Source of the DNA: Dehalococcoidia bacterium
GTDB lineage: Bacteria; Chloroflexota; Dehalococcoidia; SHYD01
DNA length: 64,000 nucleotides
Direction: 5' to 3'
Assembly (NCBI GenBank): GCA_965220215.1
Contig: OZ244809.1
Span: forward strand, 858,580 to 922,579
Every line of letters begins with the position of its first letter. Position 1 is the first letter of the stretch. The notes below the pieces were generated by a model that searched no databases, was not told the origin of the DNA, and saw only the letters and a list, made by a program, of their open reading frames with translations. This document shows positions 37,701 to 46,613 of the stretch, piece by piece. The translations under genes and the position numbers were made by a program.

Positions 37701-39219
37701 AGCGCTGCCCTTCACGGTGCTGGCAGCGGCCTTCGCTTTGCAGACCGCCATACGCAGCCAAGGCAGCCCGCTCCTGCGACGCCTCGTATTGCTCCTCACC
37801 TTTGGGCTGGTGCTGGGCGCGCTGCGCTGGACCAACACCTGGGACTTCCCAACGTACCTTGCCCTGGGACTAACAGCCATAGCAATCAGCCGCCTGGGGC
37901 AGTGGTCGTCCTTCTCTCTTGGCGCCGTCCTCATAGTCGTCTTCCAAGCGCTCTTCCTGGCCGGCTCCAGCCTCATCCTGTTCCGCCCCTTTGAGTCCGC
38001 TTTTGAGGTCTTCTATAGCGGCGGTCTGCAACCTAGCCCGGAGGCTACGCCACTGCCGCTCTATCTACGGATGTACGGCCTCTACCTCGCGGTGCTCGTT
38101 GGCTTCGTGGTGTATGAGATCGTCCATCGTTTCAACAACACTCCCCTTCTACGATTGGCGCGGCTTGCCTTTGCCCGTCCTGCCCATGCAGCACGCGTAG
38201 TGAGCCTTGCCCTGCGGTTGGGCCTCCCGACCAGCCGCGCCCGTTTCAGCGCAATTGCAGCAGTTTTGCTGATCGCAGCCTTAGTTGTGGTCGTTGGCGC
38301 AACCAGCACCGTCGGCTTCTTACTGCTCTTGCTGGGCGCGCTGGCCCTCCTAGGTTGGCGGGAGATCACCCGGCCTACCGAACGGGGCAGCGCGTACCTC
38401 TTTGCTCTGGCTTTGGCCGCCGGCGCAGCCTCCCTCAGCCTGGTAGTGGACGTGGTGAAGCTGGACATTCCCGGTGAAGTGCAGCGCATGAACAACGTGT
38501 TCAAGCTCTATTTCCAAGTGTGGACGCTCTACGCCCTGAGCGCCGCGTACGCGCTCTGGTGGGTGCTGGGAGGGCTGCGCCGTATTACACCTCCCGCGTC
38601 TCGCCGCTGGTCTGCTTTCTGGCGCCGGGCCTGGCTAACGGGCGTCGCCATCCTGGTGGCAGGCGGCCTGGTCTATCCGCTAATGGCAACACCAGTGCGG
38701 GTTGCCGACCGCTTTGCACCCGCACCGCCTACCAACAACGGCATGGAGTTCATGAGAGGCGCCGTCTACAACGATGAGCACGGTCCTATCGAGCTGCGGT
38801 GGGACTATCGCGCTATCCAATGGCTACGTGAACACGTGCAGGGCTCGCCGGTAATCCTGGAAGGGAATACGCCTATCTACCGCTGGGGATCACGCGTGTC
38901 TATCTACACCGGCCTGCCTACTATCCTGGGCTGGGACTGGCACCAGACGCAGCAACGCTGGGGTTATCCAGATGGGCTACACCAGCGCAAAGCGGACGTG
39001 ACCGCCCTCTACAGCACATCCGACATCACGACTACGCTGGCGCTGTTGCATCGCTATCAGGTGGAGTACGTTTACGTAGGAGAGCTGGAGCGCCTCTATT
39101 ACCCGGTCAGCGGTATTGATAAATTCCATACCATGACTAACCAAGGAATGCTGCAAGCTATCTACCAGAACTCCCAGGTCACCATCTACAGGGTGTGTTA
39201 TCTAGCCCCATGGTGCTAG
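34723..39219 (+). CDS. Giant polytopic membrane protein of the DUF2298 / Chlor_Arch_YYY type. It has an N-terminal ArnT/PMT-like GT-C domain and is a putative glycosyltransferase.
   Basis: 1498 aa with more than 25 predicted TM segments. The N-terminal region has GT-C-like loops, the GGMINYYYFGQV segment carries the YYY motif, and there are soluble inter-domain and C-terminal regions. Confidence 0.6.
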   Translation: MALPRHAADTAPRWRWGALAALLLGALALRLYGIDWDQGYHYHPDERFLLLFKVPEIQWPSGDLWTSLLDPATSSWNPRWFAYGSFPFYQLYFLNQLAPALHPDYVLDDLRFLGRGLSALFDVSAIFLTYLLGARLFGWRTGLLAAAFGMLAVIHIQLSHFAAFDVQLVFWVLVALYGAARVMERPDLPGVLLTGVGLGLALATKTSVLPLIIPIATAYLLYGCTEQSLQRLRLNIDPARVRRALWGLAGTAGVAALLFVIAMPYALLDWATFTRDVLEQSEMAMRIRDYPYTRQYVDTTPYLYHIQQLISWGFGIPLGLLAWLGLVLACLRGLRKPQAGDLLLLAWVLPYFLFIGATPVKYLRYLLPITPVLLLLAAHVLVLWWESSRLRERALSPGAPRLRTPRFYLALVLRRIFSPAGVTVIVLATTAWYALAFTNIYQEAHPATRLSEWVNEHVPKGSVLLKEHWEEGIPRLEQYQIQELPLYEPDDAAKLGQLVHKLEGSDYVVFFSNRLYGTIPRLPERYPLTSRYYRLLFSGDLGYRLVHTSNAEVSFLGVTWRNDTFTRPGLPPPEGISYPSQGLVLHMGYADESFTVYDHPMTLLFKKEQALSAPELTALLQPALFTDTPSSVREGPLLTPQDAQTQRAGGTWSHIFQTDSLPNQHPWFTWLLTIEVLGLLAFPLAFWLFQAFPDRGFLLAKGLGILGLAYGSWLLASLQWLPFTRSTIMLVGILLALMSVLLLLKQRTVIVRHIRERWRLLLGMEGLFLLAFIVFYQIRLANPDLWHPWLGGEKPMDFAYLNAVVRSTIMPAYDPWYSGGMINYYYFGQVIVGTLIKLTGILPEIAYNLAIPTLFALTVGHAASLGSALLAAQRASLLRGRALLAAGASATVAVAVVGNLDGLVQVLENLRNASGLDFVSTIPGLEGGVKAAAGLWNFLSGQIAPEQFDYWRSRSLGGMDPGFIDPALQAPSISITEFPFFTFLFADLHAHLIALPFTVLAAAFALQTAIRSQGSPLLRRLVLLLTFGLVLGALRWTNTWDFPTYLALGLTAIAISRLGQWSSFSLGAVLIVVFQALFLAGSSLILFRPFESAFEVFYSGGLQPSPEATPLPLYLRMYGLYLAVLVGFVVYEIVHRFNNTPLLRLARLAFARPAHAARVVSLALRLGLPTSRARFSAIAAVLLIAALVVVVGATSTVGFLLLLLGALALLGWREITRPTERGSAYLFALALAAGAASLSLVVDVVKLDIPGEVQRMNNVFKLYFQVWTLYALSAAYALWWVLGGLRRITPPASRRWSAFWRRAWLTGVAILVAGGLVYPLMATPVRVADRFAPAPPTNNGMEFMRGAVYNDEHGPIELRWDYRAIQWLREHVQGSPVILEGNTPIYRWGSRVSIYTGLPTILGWDWHQTQQRWGYPDGLHQRKADVTALYSTSDITTTLALLHRYQVEYVYVGELERLYYPVSGIDKFHTMTNQGMLQAIYQNSQVTIYRVCYLAPWC

Positions 39220-39226
39220 ATAACAC

Positions 39227-39260
39227 AAAAGGGGGAGAGCAAATGCTCTCCCCCTTTTTC
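39227..39260. terminator. Bidirectional intrinsic terminator AAAAGGGGGAGAGC-aaat-GCTCTCCCCCTTTTT between the convergent YYY gene and ftsH
   Basis: Perfect 10-bp stem flanked by an A-run and a T-run. Confidence 0.7.
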
Positions 39261-39275
39261 TACGATCAGGATTAG

Positions 39276-41150
39276 TTAGGTTGCGGCAAGTGGGGTCAGC
39301 ACGACTGCCGCATTCTCTGTTCCTTCAGAAGTTGCGGTAGAATTGCCATCAAGAAGTTTGGTAAGCTCCTCACCTTCGATGGTCTCTTTCTCTATCACCG
39401 CACGGGCAATGTTGTCCAGCCGGCTGCGATACATAGTAAGGATGCGCTCCGCAGTGTCCGCGGCCTCTTGAACCAGTTGGTGCACCTCTTCGTCTATATC
39501 CTCAGCAATACGCTCACTATAGTTGCGCTGCTCCGAGATCTCCCTACCCAGGAATATCATCTCTTCTTTACGCCCAAAGGTGCGGGGGCCCAGCTTCTCG
39601 CTCATGCCGTACTCGGTGATCATCCGTCGGGCGATATTCGTAGCCCGCTCGATGTCGTTGCCTGGGCCCGTGGTGGACTCTCCGAAGACGAGCCGCTCGG
39701 TCATGAGACCGCCCATCAGGCTGGACAGCATATCTTTGAACTGCGACTTAGTCCAAGTGTAATGGTCTTCCTCGGGCAGATAGCGGGTATAGCCGCCCAT
39801 CGTACCTCGGGCAACGATGCTAATCTTGTGCACCTTGTCCTGATGCGGCAACACATGCCCCACCAGTGCGTGGCCGGCTTCATGATAAGCCGTAATCTCT
39901 TTCTCGTGTAGGCTGATAATGCGGCTCTTGCGCTCCGGCCCTGCGACGACTCGGTCAATAGCCTCTTCCAGCTCGTCAAGGTCAATATCCGTCTTGTTGC
40001 GCCGGGCGGCAAGGATGGCAGCCTCGTTCACCAAATTCTCAAGGTCAGCGCCAGTGAAGCCGGGCGTCTGCTTCGCAAGGACTTCCAGCGCCACGCCGGC
40101 AGCCAGGGGTTTGCCCTTGGCGTGCACTTCCAGGATCTGCTTGCGGCCGGAGATATCCGGGCGGTCGAGCACCACCTGCCGGTCGAAGCGGCCAGGACGC
40201 AGCAGCGCCGGATCCAGCACATCGGGACGGTTGGTGGCCGCTATTACGATGACATTCGTGCTGGTGTCGAAGCCGTCCATCTCCACTAGGATCTGGTTCA
40301 GCGTCTGCTCCCGCTCATCATGACTGCCGCCGAGTCCCGAGCCCCGCTGCCGTCCAACGGCATCGATTTCATCCACAAACACAATGCAGGGCGAGTTCCG
40401 CTTAGCCTGGTCAAAGAGGTCACGGACACGGGAAGCGCCCACTCCAACAAACATCTCCACAAACTCGCTACCACTTATCGAAAAGAAGGGAACGCCCGCC
40501 TCGCCGGCCACGGCACGGCTGATGAGCGTCTTGCCGGTGCCCGGAGGGCCAACCAGCAGCACGCCGCTAGGGATGCGCGCGCCCAAAGCGGAGAATTTCT
40601 CCGGGTACTTCAGGAACTCCACTACCTCCTGCAACTCTTGCTTGGCTTCTTCAACGCCAGCCACGTCGGAGAAAGTGACTGTGGGACGTTTGCCAGTGAA
40701 CATCCTGGCGCGGCTTTTACCGAAGCTCAGAGCTTGGTTGTTGCTCCCTTGAGCCTGGCGCATCATAAAGACGAGCAGGCCGGCTATGATAATCAGAGGG
40801 ACAAAGTTAAGCAGCAGGCCAAACACGTTGCTCATCTGGCTTGGCTCACTCACCACAACGGGGATATTGGTCGCGGCCAGGTCAACGCCGCCCTTCTGCA
40901 GCACGTCCAAGATGCTCGCGCTGGGCTCTTTACGAGAGCGCACACGCTCTCCGTTACTCAACTGCACCATCAATATGTCGCCCTGCACCTCAATGCGCTG
41001 GATATCACCACTTCTGGCCATGCTGATGACCTCAGTGATGTCCAGATCCCGGTTCTGTTGCGAGGGCGGGAAGAGGGTAAAGAAGATCGCTGCAACTGCA
41101 ACAAGGAGGAGCAGCGGTATGAAGCTATTGCGTAACCAGCGAGTATCCAC
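39276..41150 (-). CDS. ftsH: ATP-dependent zinc metalloprotease FtsH
   Basis: Walker A (GPPGTGKT), the second region of homology, the HEAGHA zinc motif, and two N-terminal TM segments. Confidence 0.9.
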   Translation of the reverse strand: MDTRWLRNSFIPLLLLVAVAAIFFTLFPPSQQNRDLDITEVISMARSGDIQRIEVQGDILMVQLSNGERVRSRKEPSASILDVLQKGGVDLAATNIPVVVSEPSQMSNVFGLLLNFVPLIIIAGLLVFMMRQAQGSNNQALSFGKSRARMFTGKRPTVTFSDVAGVEEAKQELQEVVEFLKYPEKFSALGARIPSGVLLVGPPGTGKTLISRAVAGEAGVPFFSISGSEFVEMFVGVGASRVRDLFDQAKRNSPCIVFVDEIDAVGRQRGSGLGGSHDEREQTLNQILVEMDGFDTSTNVIVIAATNRPDVLDPALLRPGRFDRQVVLDRPDISGRKQILEVHAKGKPLAAGVALEVLAKQTPGFTGADLENLVNEAAILAARRNKTDIDLDELEEAIDRVVAGPERKSRIISLHEKEITAYHEAGHALVGHVLPHQDKVHKISIVARGTMGGYTRYLPEEDHYTWTKSQFKDMLSSLMGGLMTERLVFGESTTGPGNDIERATNIARRMITEYGMSEKLGPRTFGRKEEMIFLGREISEQRNYSERIAEDIDEEVHQLVQEAADTAERILTMYRSRLDNIARAVIEKETIEGEELTKLLDGNSTATSEGTENAAVVLTPLAAT

Positions 41151-41394
41151 GGTGTTTAGAACCTTCTAGCAAGAATGCTACTCAGTTTACTAGCTAATCT
41201 TCTACGCTGCATCTAGTATACCAAAAACTCTTCCTTAATAATTGCTTATTGAGCGCAACGGGCGTGAATCTCTTATCGGCTCCTGATACACACGCTGTGC
41301 TCTTGCGTTCCAATAAGCAGGACGCTACAGTGAGGCAGCGTTTCAAGCGGTATCTCTCCAGTACTAATCCACTCGACGTTACACCGGCTTCTCT

Positions 41395-44127
41395 GTGCAG
41401 CCTATTCTTGAGCAAGTCCTAGGCGCCGGCGCTCTGCTGCTCCTGGCGAGCCTTGCAGGCTACGCGCCTGCCCGGCTTTGGCTTCCAGAGAGCCTTAGTC
41501 GCTGGTTCTGGCTCACGGTGCCGCCCTTGGGATTGGCTACCCTCGCCGTAACCCTGGGCTGGCTCAACAGCTGGCTTCCACTTACCGAGGCGGTATGGCT
41601 GATCCTGGGTGCAAGCGTACTGGCGGACGTCCTCGTTCTCCGTCGTCTTGGCCTCGCGCCGGCTGAGCAGTCGCGGACGGAAAGCTACGCAGTGGTCGCG
41701 CTTGCTGCCCTAGCATTCTGCGTCGCATTGCTCCCCCTCTGGGACCATCCTGATCTCCTCTCCATTGGTCCCAACTGGGACATCGAGATCCACCTGCCCC
41801 TATCGGCTTACCTAACCAGCTACTCCAGCGGGTTCTCCTTGAGCAACCCCGCCGGCGATCCCTTTCCCGCCCACCCGAACCCTCTCCTCTGGCGAGTGAA
41901 CTTCTTCGATGTGCGCTGGGCGGGACTAGCCTTCACGCAGTGGTTGGGCACGGCCGGCGCGTTGCTGGATAGAGGGCCGCACCAGTCGTTCGTGGGGGTG
42001 CTGGCGCTGCTCCACGCGCTTTCCATTCCAAGCGCTTTCCTGCTCTTCCGGTCCGCAGGCGGCCTTACCAGTCGCTTTGCGCTGGCCGCTGCTGCCGCCC
42101 TTGCCATCAACACCGCGGCGCTCTGGATCGTCTTCTGGAGCTTTGGCCAACAAGCCAGCGCGCTCCCCTTGTTACCCCTTGCGCTCCTTCTCGGCTGGCA
42201 GGCGCTCCGTTCGCCAGGCCTCGGCTCGGCAATCCTGGCCGGGCTTACTCTGGCTGCGCTGCTGGCCGCCTTCGCGCCGCTGGCACTACTCTACTGCCTG
42301 GCGTTGGCCGCCTTCGGCATCGTTGCCTTTGCCACTGCCAGCGATAAGTTCGGGATGATACGCGGCATCGCCGGTATTGGAGCGATCTCCGTCGTCCTAG
42401 CCCCCTGGGCCTACCTGCGGGGCATCCAGCGCTTTTTGCACGGCCTGCAGGAGGGCGGCGTGGCAGGCTTAACCCAGGGCCCGGACATCACCCTATTCCC
42501 TCCTCTGCTATGGGTAGCAGGGCTCTCTCCGGATCAGAAGAGCGGTTTGGGCGGCTTCCTGGGTTCCGCTGCGCCCTGGCACGGGCCGGCGTCAACCCTC
42601 TTCACTCTTGCTCTCTTTGGACTGATGGCCGTTGGGACCTACCGTGGCGTCAAAGACCGCCAGTGGCCGCTGGCCCTAGCCGGACTCTCGCTCGCGGTGC
42701 TGCTCCTCGCCTTGCGCTACGGCGACCCTTATCCCTATGGCTATCAGAAGCTGATGGCCTCCGGCGGCTTCCTCTTCATTGGCCTCTTCTTCTTAGGGGC
42801 ACAGGCGCTATGGCAAGCACGTAACCAGTTGCCGCAACACTCCGCTGTAGGGCTCAGCGCTGCCGCGGCGCTGTTTGTTGGGTTGAACCTTGCCAGTGTC
42901 CCCCAGTTCATCGGCGGCATACGGGACGATAGCGCGATGAGCTACCGCCCGCTGCACGTCCTCGAGGAGATCATCCCTCCAAACGCCGCGGTCTATATCT
43001 CCGGCCACCGCGATTACCAGGGGCCTGAATCGGGTGCCCTAGCCTACTTCCTGCGTCACGCCGACCTGTACGGGCACATCGAAACCGGGTTCTCCTCCTT
43101 CTTCAAAAGGAATCCTGCCAATCCATACCAGTACGCCGTGTACCACGAATCAGAAGGCGCGCCCGCTGAGCTCTTCCCCTCCGAGAATATCGTCTGGGAA
43201 GGATCTGGCCTCAGAGTGTACAAAGCGCCCGACGACCTCCGCTACGCGCAACTGACCGGAGATGCCGCAACGCCCCCCGTCATTGAACGCAGCGCCGGCA
43301 TGGGCAACGCCGGCGGCCTCCGCCTTACCGAGTGGCGAGAAGACGGCGCGCCCGTGTTCGAGGGGTGGTCACCACCATTGCTGGGCGTCCTTGCAGACGT
43401 CACACCGCCTCAGGACAACTACCCGCAGGCAAAGAGCGGCCAGGACTGGGCCTCCGACCTCACGGTGCCGGGAGCGGCCTCCACGCAAAGCCAGCCCTCC
43501 GGGAGCCTAGTTGTTACGTTAGCAACTTTCACCGCACAGGAAGTGACGCTCCTCGTCGGCCAGGACACGCACCACCTCAGCGTGCCTGAAGGCGTTAGCA
43601 CCCACACGGTCAGCCAGGTGCAGCTACCCGTACAACTCACCTTGCGCAATGAGACGGACAACCCCGTGTATCTCCGGTCCGCGCTCGTACGAGAAGCAAC
43701 GCCCGATCCGCCTAAGTTCACCCACAGCAATGCCGTGCTCCTGCAGTGGCAAGCAGCTATGGACGGCGAGAGCATCGCCCTGAACCTGCGCTACTCCGGC
43801 CCCAGCCAGAAAACAACCCTGGACGTCTACGCCCCCGCGGATGGTCACCACCTGGGCTGGTGGGAGTTGCCCGCTGCCCAAGACAACAGCCGTGTATACG
43901 GCGTGGGCTTCCAACCCGCGGTCCCTACGATGGACATACTGGAGCGTAGCCGCTGGGTATCGCTGCCCGGTTGGCGCGGAGAACCGCTGCCAGGCAGCTA
44001 CCGGCTCTACTTCCTCCTCTGGGAGAGCGATAAGATAGTGCGCTCAGTCTCCCTCCTGGACTTTGGCCTAGGAGCAGAAACCCAGGTCGAGCTGCACGCG
44101 GGCGCAGCCGGACTCTCTATCCACTAA
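41395..44127 (+). CDS. Large polytopic membrane protein (910 aa: about 470-aa multi-TM N-terminal domain plus about 440-aa extracytoplasmic C-terminal domain). Function unknown, possibly GT-C-like.
   Basis: At least 12 hydrophobic segments. GTG start. Divergent from ftsH across an AT-rich region. Confidence 0.45.
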   Translation: MQPILEQVLGAGALLLLASLAGYAPARLWLPESLSRWFWLTVPPLGLATLAVTLGWLNSWLPLTEAVWLILGASVLADVLVLRRLGLAPAEQSRTESYAVVALAALAFCVALLPLWDHPDLLSIGPNWDIEIHLPLSAYLTSYSSGFSLSNPAGDPFPAHPNPLLWRVNFFDVRWAGLAFTQWLGTAGALLDRGPHQSFVGVLALLHALSIPSAFLLFRSAGGLTSRFALAAAAALAINTAALWIVFWSFGQQASALPLLPLALLLGWQALRSPGLGSAILAGLTLAALLAAFAPLALLYCLALAAFGIVAFATASDKFGMIRGIAGIGAISVVLAPWAYLRGIQRFLHGLQEGGVAGLTQGPDITLFPPLLWVAGLSPDQKSGLGGFLGSAAPWHGPASTLFTLALFGLMAVGTYRGVKDRQWPLALAGLSLAVLLLALRYGDPYPYGYQKLMASGGFLFIGLFFLGAQALWQARNQLPQHSAVGLSAAAALFVGLNLASVPQFIGGIRDDSAMSYRPLHVLEEIIPPNAAVYISGHRDYQGPESGALAYFLRHADLYGHIETGFSSFFKRNPANPYQYAVYHESEGAPAELFPSENIVWEGSGLRVYKAPDDLRYAQLTGDAATPPVIERSAGMGNAGGLRLTEWREDGAPVFEGWSPPLLGVLADVTPPQDNYPQAKSGQDWASDLTVPGAASTQSQPSGSLVVTLATFTAQEVTLLVGQDTHHLSVPEGVSTHTVSQVQLPVQLTLRNETDNPVYLRSALVREATPDPPKFTHSNAVLLQWQAAMDGESIALNLRYSGPSQKTTLDVYAPADGHHLGWWELPAAQDNSRVYGVGFQPAVPTMDILERSRWVSLPGWRGEPLPGSYRLYFLLWESDKIVRSVSLLDFGLGAETQVELHAGAAGLSIH

Positions 44128-44164
44128 CGAAACGCTATCCAGGACGGACTTATAGGAGCGCGCT

Positions 44165-44704
44165 ATGCAACAAGAGCCTCACAACCCTCCCATTGGTGTA
44201 CTGGACAGGGCGAGCATTGCCAGCATGTTGACACAAACACCGCCGCTCGTGGAAGGCGTGCTCGATCTGGAGGCGCAGCTCCAACCCAACGGCATCGACC
44301 TCACACTCCGCACCGTCGCAGCGCTGGACACTCCGGGCCAACTGGGAGTAGCCACGGAGGACCGGGTGCTCTCCCAGACCACGGAACTCGCCTACGATGC
44401 TGAGGGCTACGTGCAGCTTGCGCCGGGCTGCTACCTCATCACACTCAACGAAGTGGTGCACCTGCCTAAGGGCATAGCCGCGCTGGGATGGCAGCGTTCT
44501 TCATTGCTCCGCAGCGGTGTCACCATTACCTGTTCGGTGTGGGACGCGGGCTACGAGGGTCGCTCGCAATGCCTGCTGACGGTGCTGAATCCCAAGGGGT
44601 TCCGCCTCGCCAGGAATGCGCGCGTAGTGCAAATCGTCTTTTTCCCGCTGGCGCAGTCCGTAACTCAAGGGTATCAGGGCATCTTCCAGCGGGAGAACCT
44701 CTGA
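44165..44704 (+). CDS. dcd: dCTP deaminase (Dcd) / dUTPase-superfamily protein
   Basis: VLDRASI...LVEGVLDLE..QPNGIDLTL and GWQRSSLLRSGVTI...DAGYEG align with the Dcd family. Confidence 0.65.
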   Translation: MQQEPHNPPIGVLDRASIASMLTQTPPLVEGVLDLEAQLQPNGIDLTLRTVAALDTPGQLGVATEDRVLSQTTELAYDAEGYVQLAPGCYLITLNEVVHLPKGIAALGWQRSSLLRSGVTITCSVWDAGYEGRSQCLLTVLNPKGFRLARNARVVQIVFFPLAQSVTQGYQGIFQRENL

Positions 44705-44747
44705 CTGCGCTCCCTAAGCTAGACGTGCTACACTAGGAAGAGATACA

Positions 44748-45299
44748 GTGCAGCAACCATCTACGCCCATGGCAACGTCCCCAGACACGGAACCACGCGA
44801 AGGCATGCAGCGGCGGCTGAAGCGGGATATTCTGTTTTTTTCCATCGCTGGGATCATTCTGGTCTTTGATCAGCTAACCAAGAGCCTGGTGCGGGCCAAC
44901 CTGCCCCTGGGGTCATCCTTTCCCGAAGACACCTGGGTCCGCCTAACCCACGTGGCGAACACCGGCGCAGCCTTCGGTCTGTTTCCGGACCAGTCCTTCT
45001 TGCTGCTCATCACCACGCTGGTGGGCGTCATGGCGATCACCCTCTACTACTTCTACCCGCCCCTCAATACGCCGCTGCTGGTGCTGAGCCTGGGCTTGCA
45101 GTTGGGCGGCGCGCTGGGCAACCTCATCGACCGGCTGCGGCTGGGCCACGTCACCGACTTTGTGAACTTTCAGGTCTGGCCTGTGTTCAACGTGGCCGAC
45201 TCCGCCATTGTGGTAGGCGTATCTATCCTCGCCTGGTTTGCGCTCTTTGGAGACCGCGCGAAGCCCGCTTCGCCGCCCGAGTCCGAGTCCGAATCCTGA
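44748..45299 (+). CDS. lspA: Lipoprotein signal peptidase II
   Basis: NTGAAFGLF and FNVADSAI motifs with 4 TM segments. Confidence 0.8.
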   Translation: MQQPSTPMATSPDTEPREGMQRRLKRDILFFSIAGIILVFDQLTKSLVRANLPLGSSFPEDTWVRLTHVANTGAAFGLFPDQSFLLLITTLVGVMAITLYYFYPPLNTPLLVLSLGLQLGGALGNLIDRLRLGHVTDFVNFQVWPVFNVADSAIVVGVSILAWFALFGDRAKPASPPESESES

Positions 45300-46225
45300 T
45301 GGCCCAAGCGCCGCAAACGTCCGCACAGGGCCCGTTCAAACTCGTAGTAGGAGCAAAGGAAGAGCGCCTGGACAAGCTCCTCAGCGGCCACCTCAAGCTC
45401 TCTCGTACCATCGTCCAACGGCTCATCGAAGCCGGCAGCGTACGCGTCAACGGCCAGCCGGCCAAGTCCGCGCACAAAGCCGAGCCCGGCGACGTCATCG
45501 AGGGCGAGGTCACCCCTGCTGAGCCGGTCACCCTCGAAGCCCAGAGCATTCCCCTACACATCGTGGCAGAAGACCCCGACTTTATCGTGGTGAACAAGCC
45601 GCCCGGCCTTACCGTGCATCCCGCGCCGGGACATCGCAACGGTACGCTGGTGAACGCGCTGCTGGCGCGCTATCCGGAGCTACGCGGCATAGACGACGCG
45701 CAGCGGCCGGGCATTGTGCACCGGTTGGATAAAGACACCTCCGGCCTCATCGTAATCGCCAAGAACACTCAGACCCTGGAGCTTATCTCCCGCCAGTTGC
45801 AGAGCCGTCAGGTGACCAAGGGTTACGTTGCCCTTGTTGAAGGCCTACTCACCCCCAACCGCGGCCGTATCGAGGCGGCTATTGGCCGCGACCCCGGGCA
45901 CCGGCAACGTATGGCCGTTGTGGAGCACGGAAGAGAGGCCGAGACCCAGTACGTGGTGCGAGAGCACTTCCCTCGCCACACCTTGCTGGACGTGCATCCC
46001 GCCACCGGCCGCACCCACCAGATTCGCGTCCATTTGGCGGCCATCGGCCACTCTGTCGTCGGCGACGCCCTCTACGGACGGCGGGCGGTCTGGTGTCCTC
46101 GCCAGTTCCTCCACGCACAGACGCTGGGCTTCAACCATCCCCGTAACGGCACGTACGTGGAGTTCCACGCCGACTTGCCGGAAGACTTGGACCGTGCCCT
46201 TACCTGGCTGCACCAGCAAGCGTGA
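45299..46225 (+). CDS. rluD: RluA-family 23S rRNA pseudouridine synthase (RluD-like) with an N-terminal S4 domain
   Basis: S4 domain followed by HRLDKDTSGLIVIAKN. Its start overlaps the lspA stop. Confidence 0.8.
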   Translation: MAQAPQTSAQGPFKLVVGAKEERLDKLLSGHLKLSRTIVQRLIEAGSVRVNGQPAKSAHKAEPGDVIEGEVTPAEPVTLEAQSIPLHIVAEDPDFIVVNKPPGLTVHPAPGHRNGTLVNALLARYPELRGIDDAQRPGIVHRLDKDTSGLIVIAKNTQTLELISRQLQSRQVTKGYVALVEGLLTPNRGRIEAAIGRDPGHRQRMAVVEHGREAETQYVVREHFPRHTLLDVHPATGRTHQIRVHLAAIGHSVVGDALYGRRAVWCPRQFLHAQTLGFNHPRNGTYVEFHADLPEDLDRALTWLHQQA

Positions 46226-46288
46226 TAGAGCACTGCGATATAATGCATACTGTGATGAATAGATACGCGCTGGTGATGTATGGCTCCC

Positions 46289-46558
46289 ATGATTCGCAAG
46301 CAAATCTACCTTGAACCTCATCAAGAAACGCAACTCAAAGCGCGAGCAAAGGGGAGTGGCGTTTAAGAATCTGAGCTTATTCGAGAAGCAATTGATAAGC
46401 TGCTCAACGCGCCCGTAACCCTACTCCCCGACCTGAACGCCTGGGAAGAAGCTAAAACATTCATCAAAGAGCGCATGGCGATGGAAGTCCCCCAGACTGG
46501 ACGGCAGTGGACGAGAAACGAACTCTATGACGAACGCCTCAAACGGTTTGCTGATTGA
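46289..46558 (+). pseudogene. Ribbon-helix-helix (CopG/VapB-like) antitoxin gene interrupted by an in-frame TAA at 46364-46366
   Basis: MIRKQIYLEPHQETQLKARAKGSGV*ESELIREAIDKLL... Apart from the stop it is an intact RHH signature. Confidence 0.55.
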
Positions 46559-46592
46559 TACAAATCTCCTCGTGACAAACGTAGCGCGTTAA
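46548..46592 (+). pseudogene. 14-codon stub of a PIN-domain (VapC-like) toxin gene (MLIDTNLLVTNVAR*), overlapping the antitoxin end by 11 nt
   Basis: (M)LIDTNLLV is the canonical VapC N-terminus, including the first catalytic Asp. The frame terminates after 14 codons. Confidence 0.5.
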
Positions 46593-46613
46593 CCTACTTG
46601 TTGTGAGCTGTAA

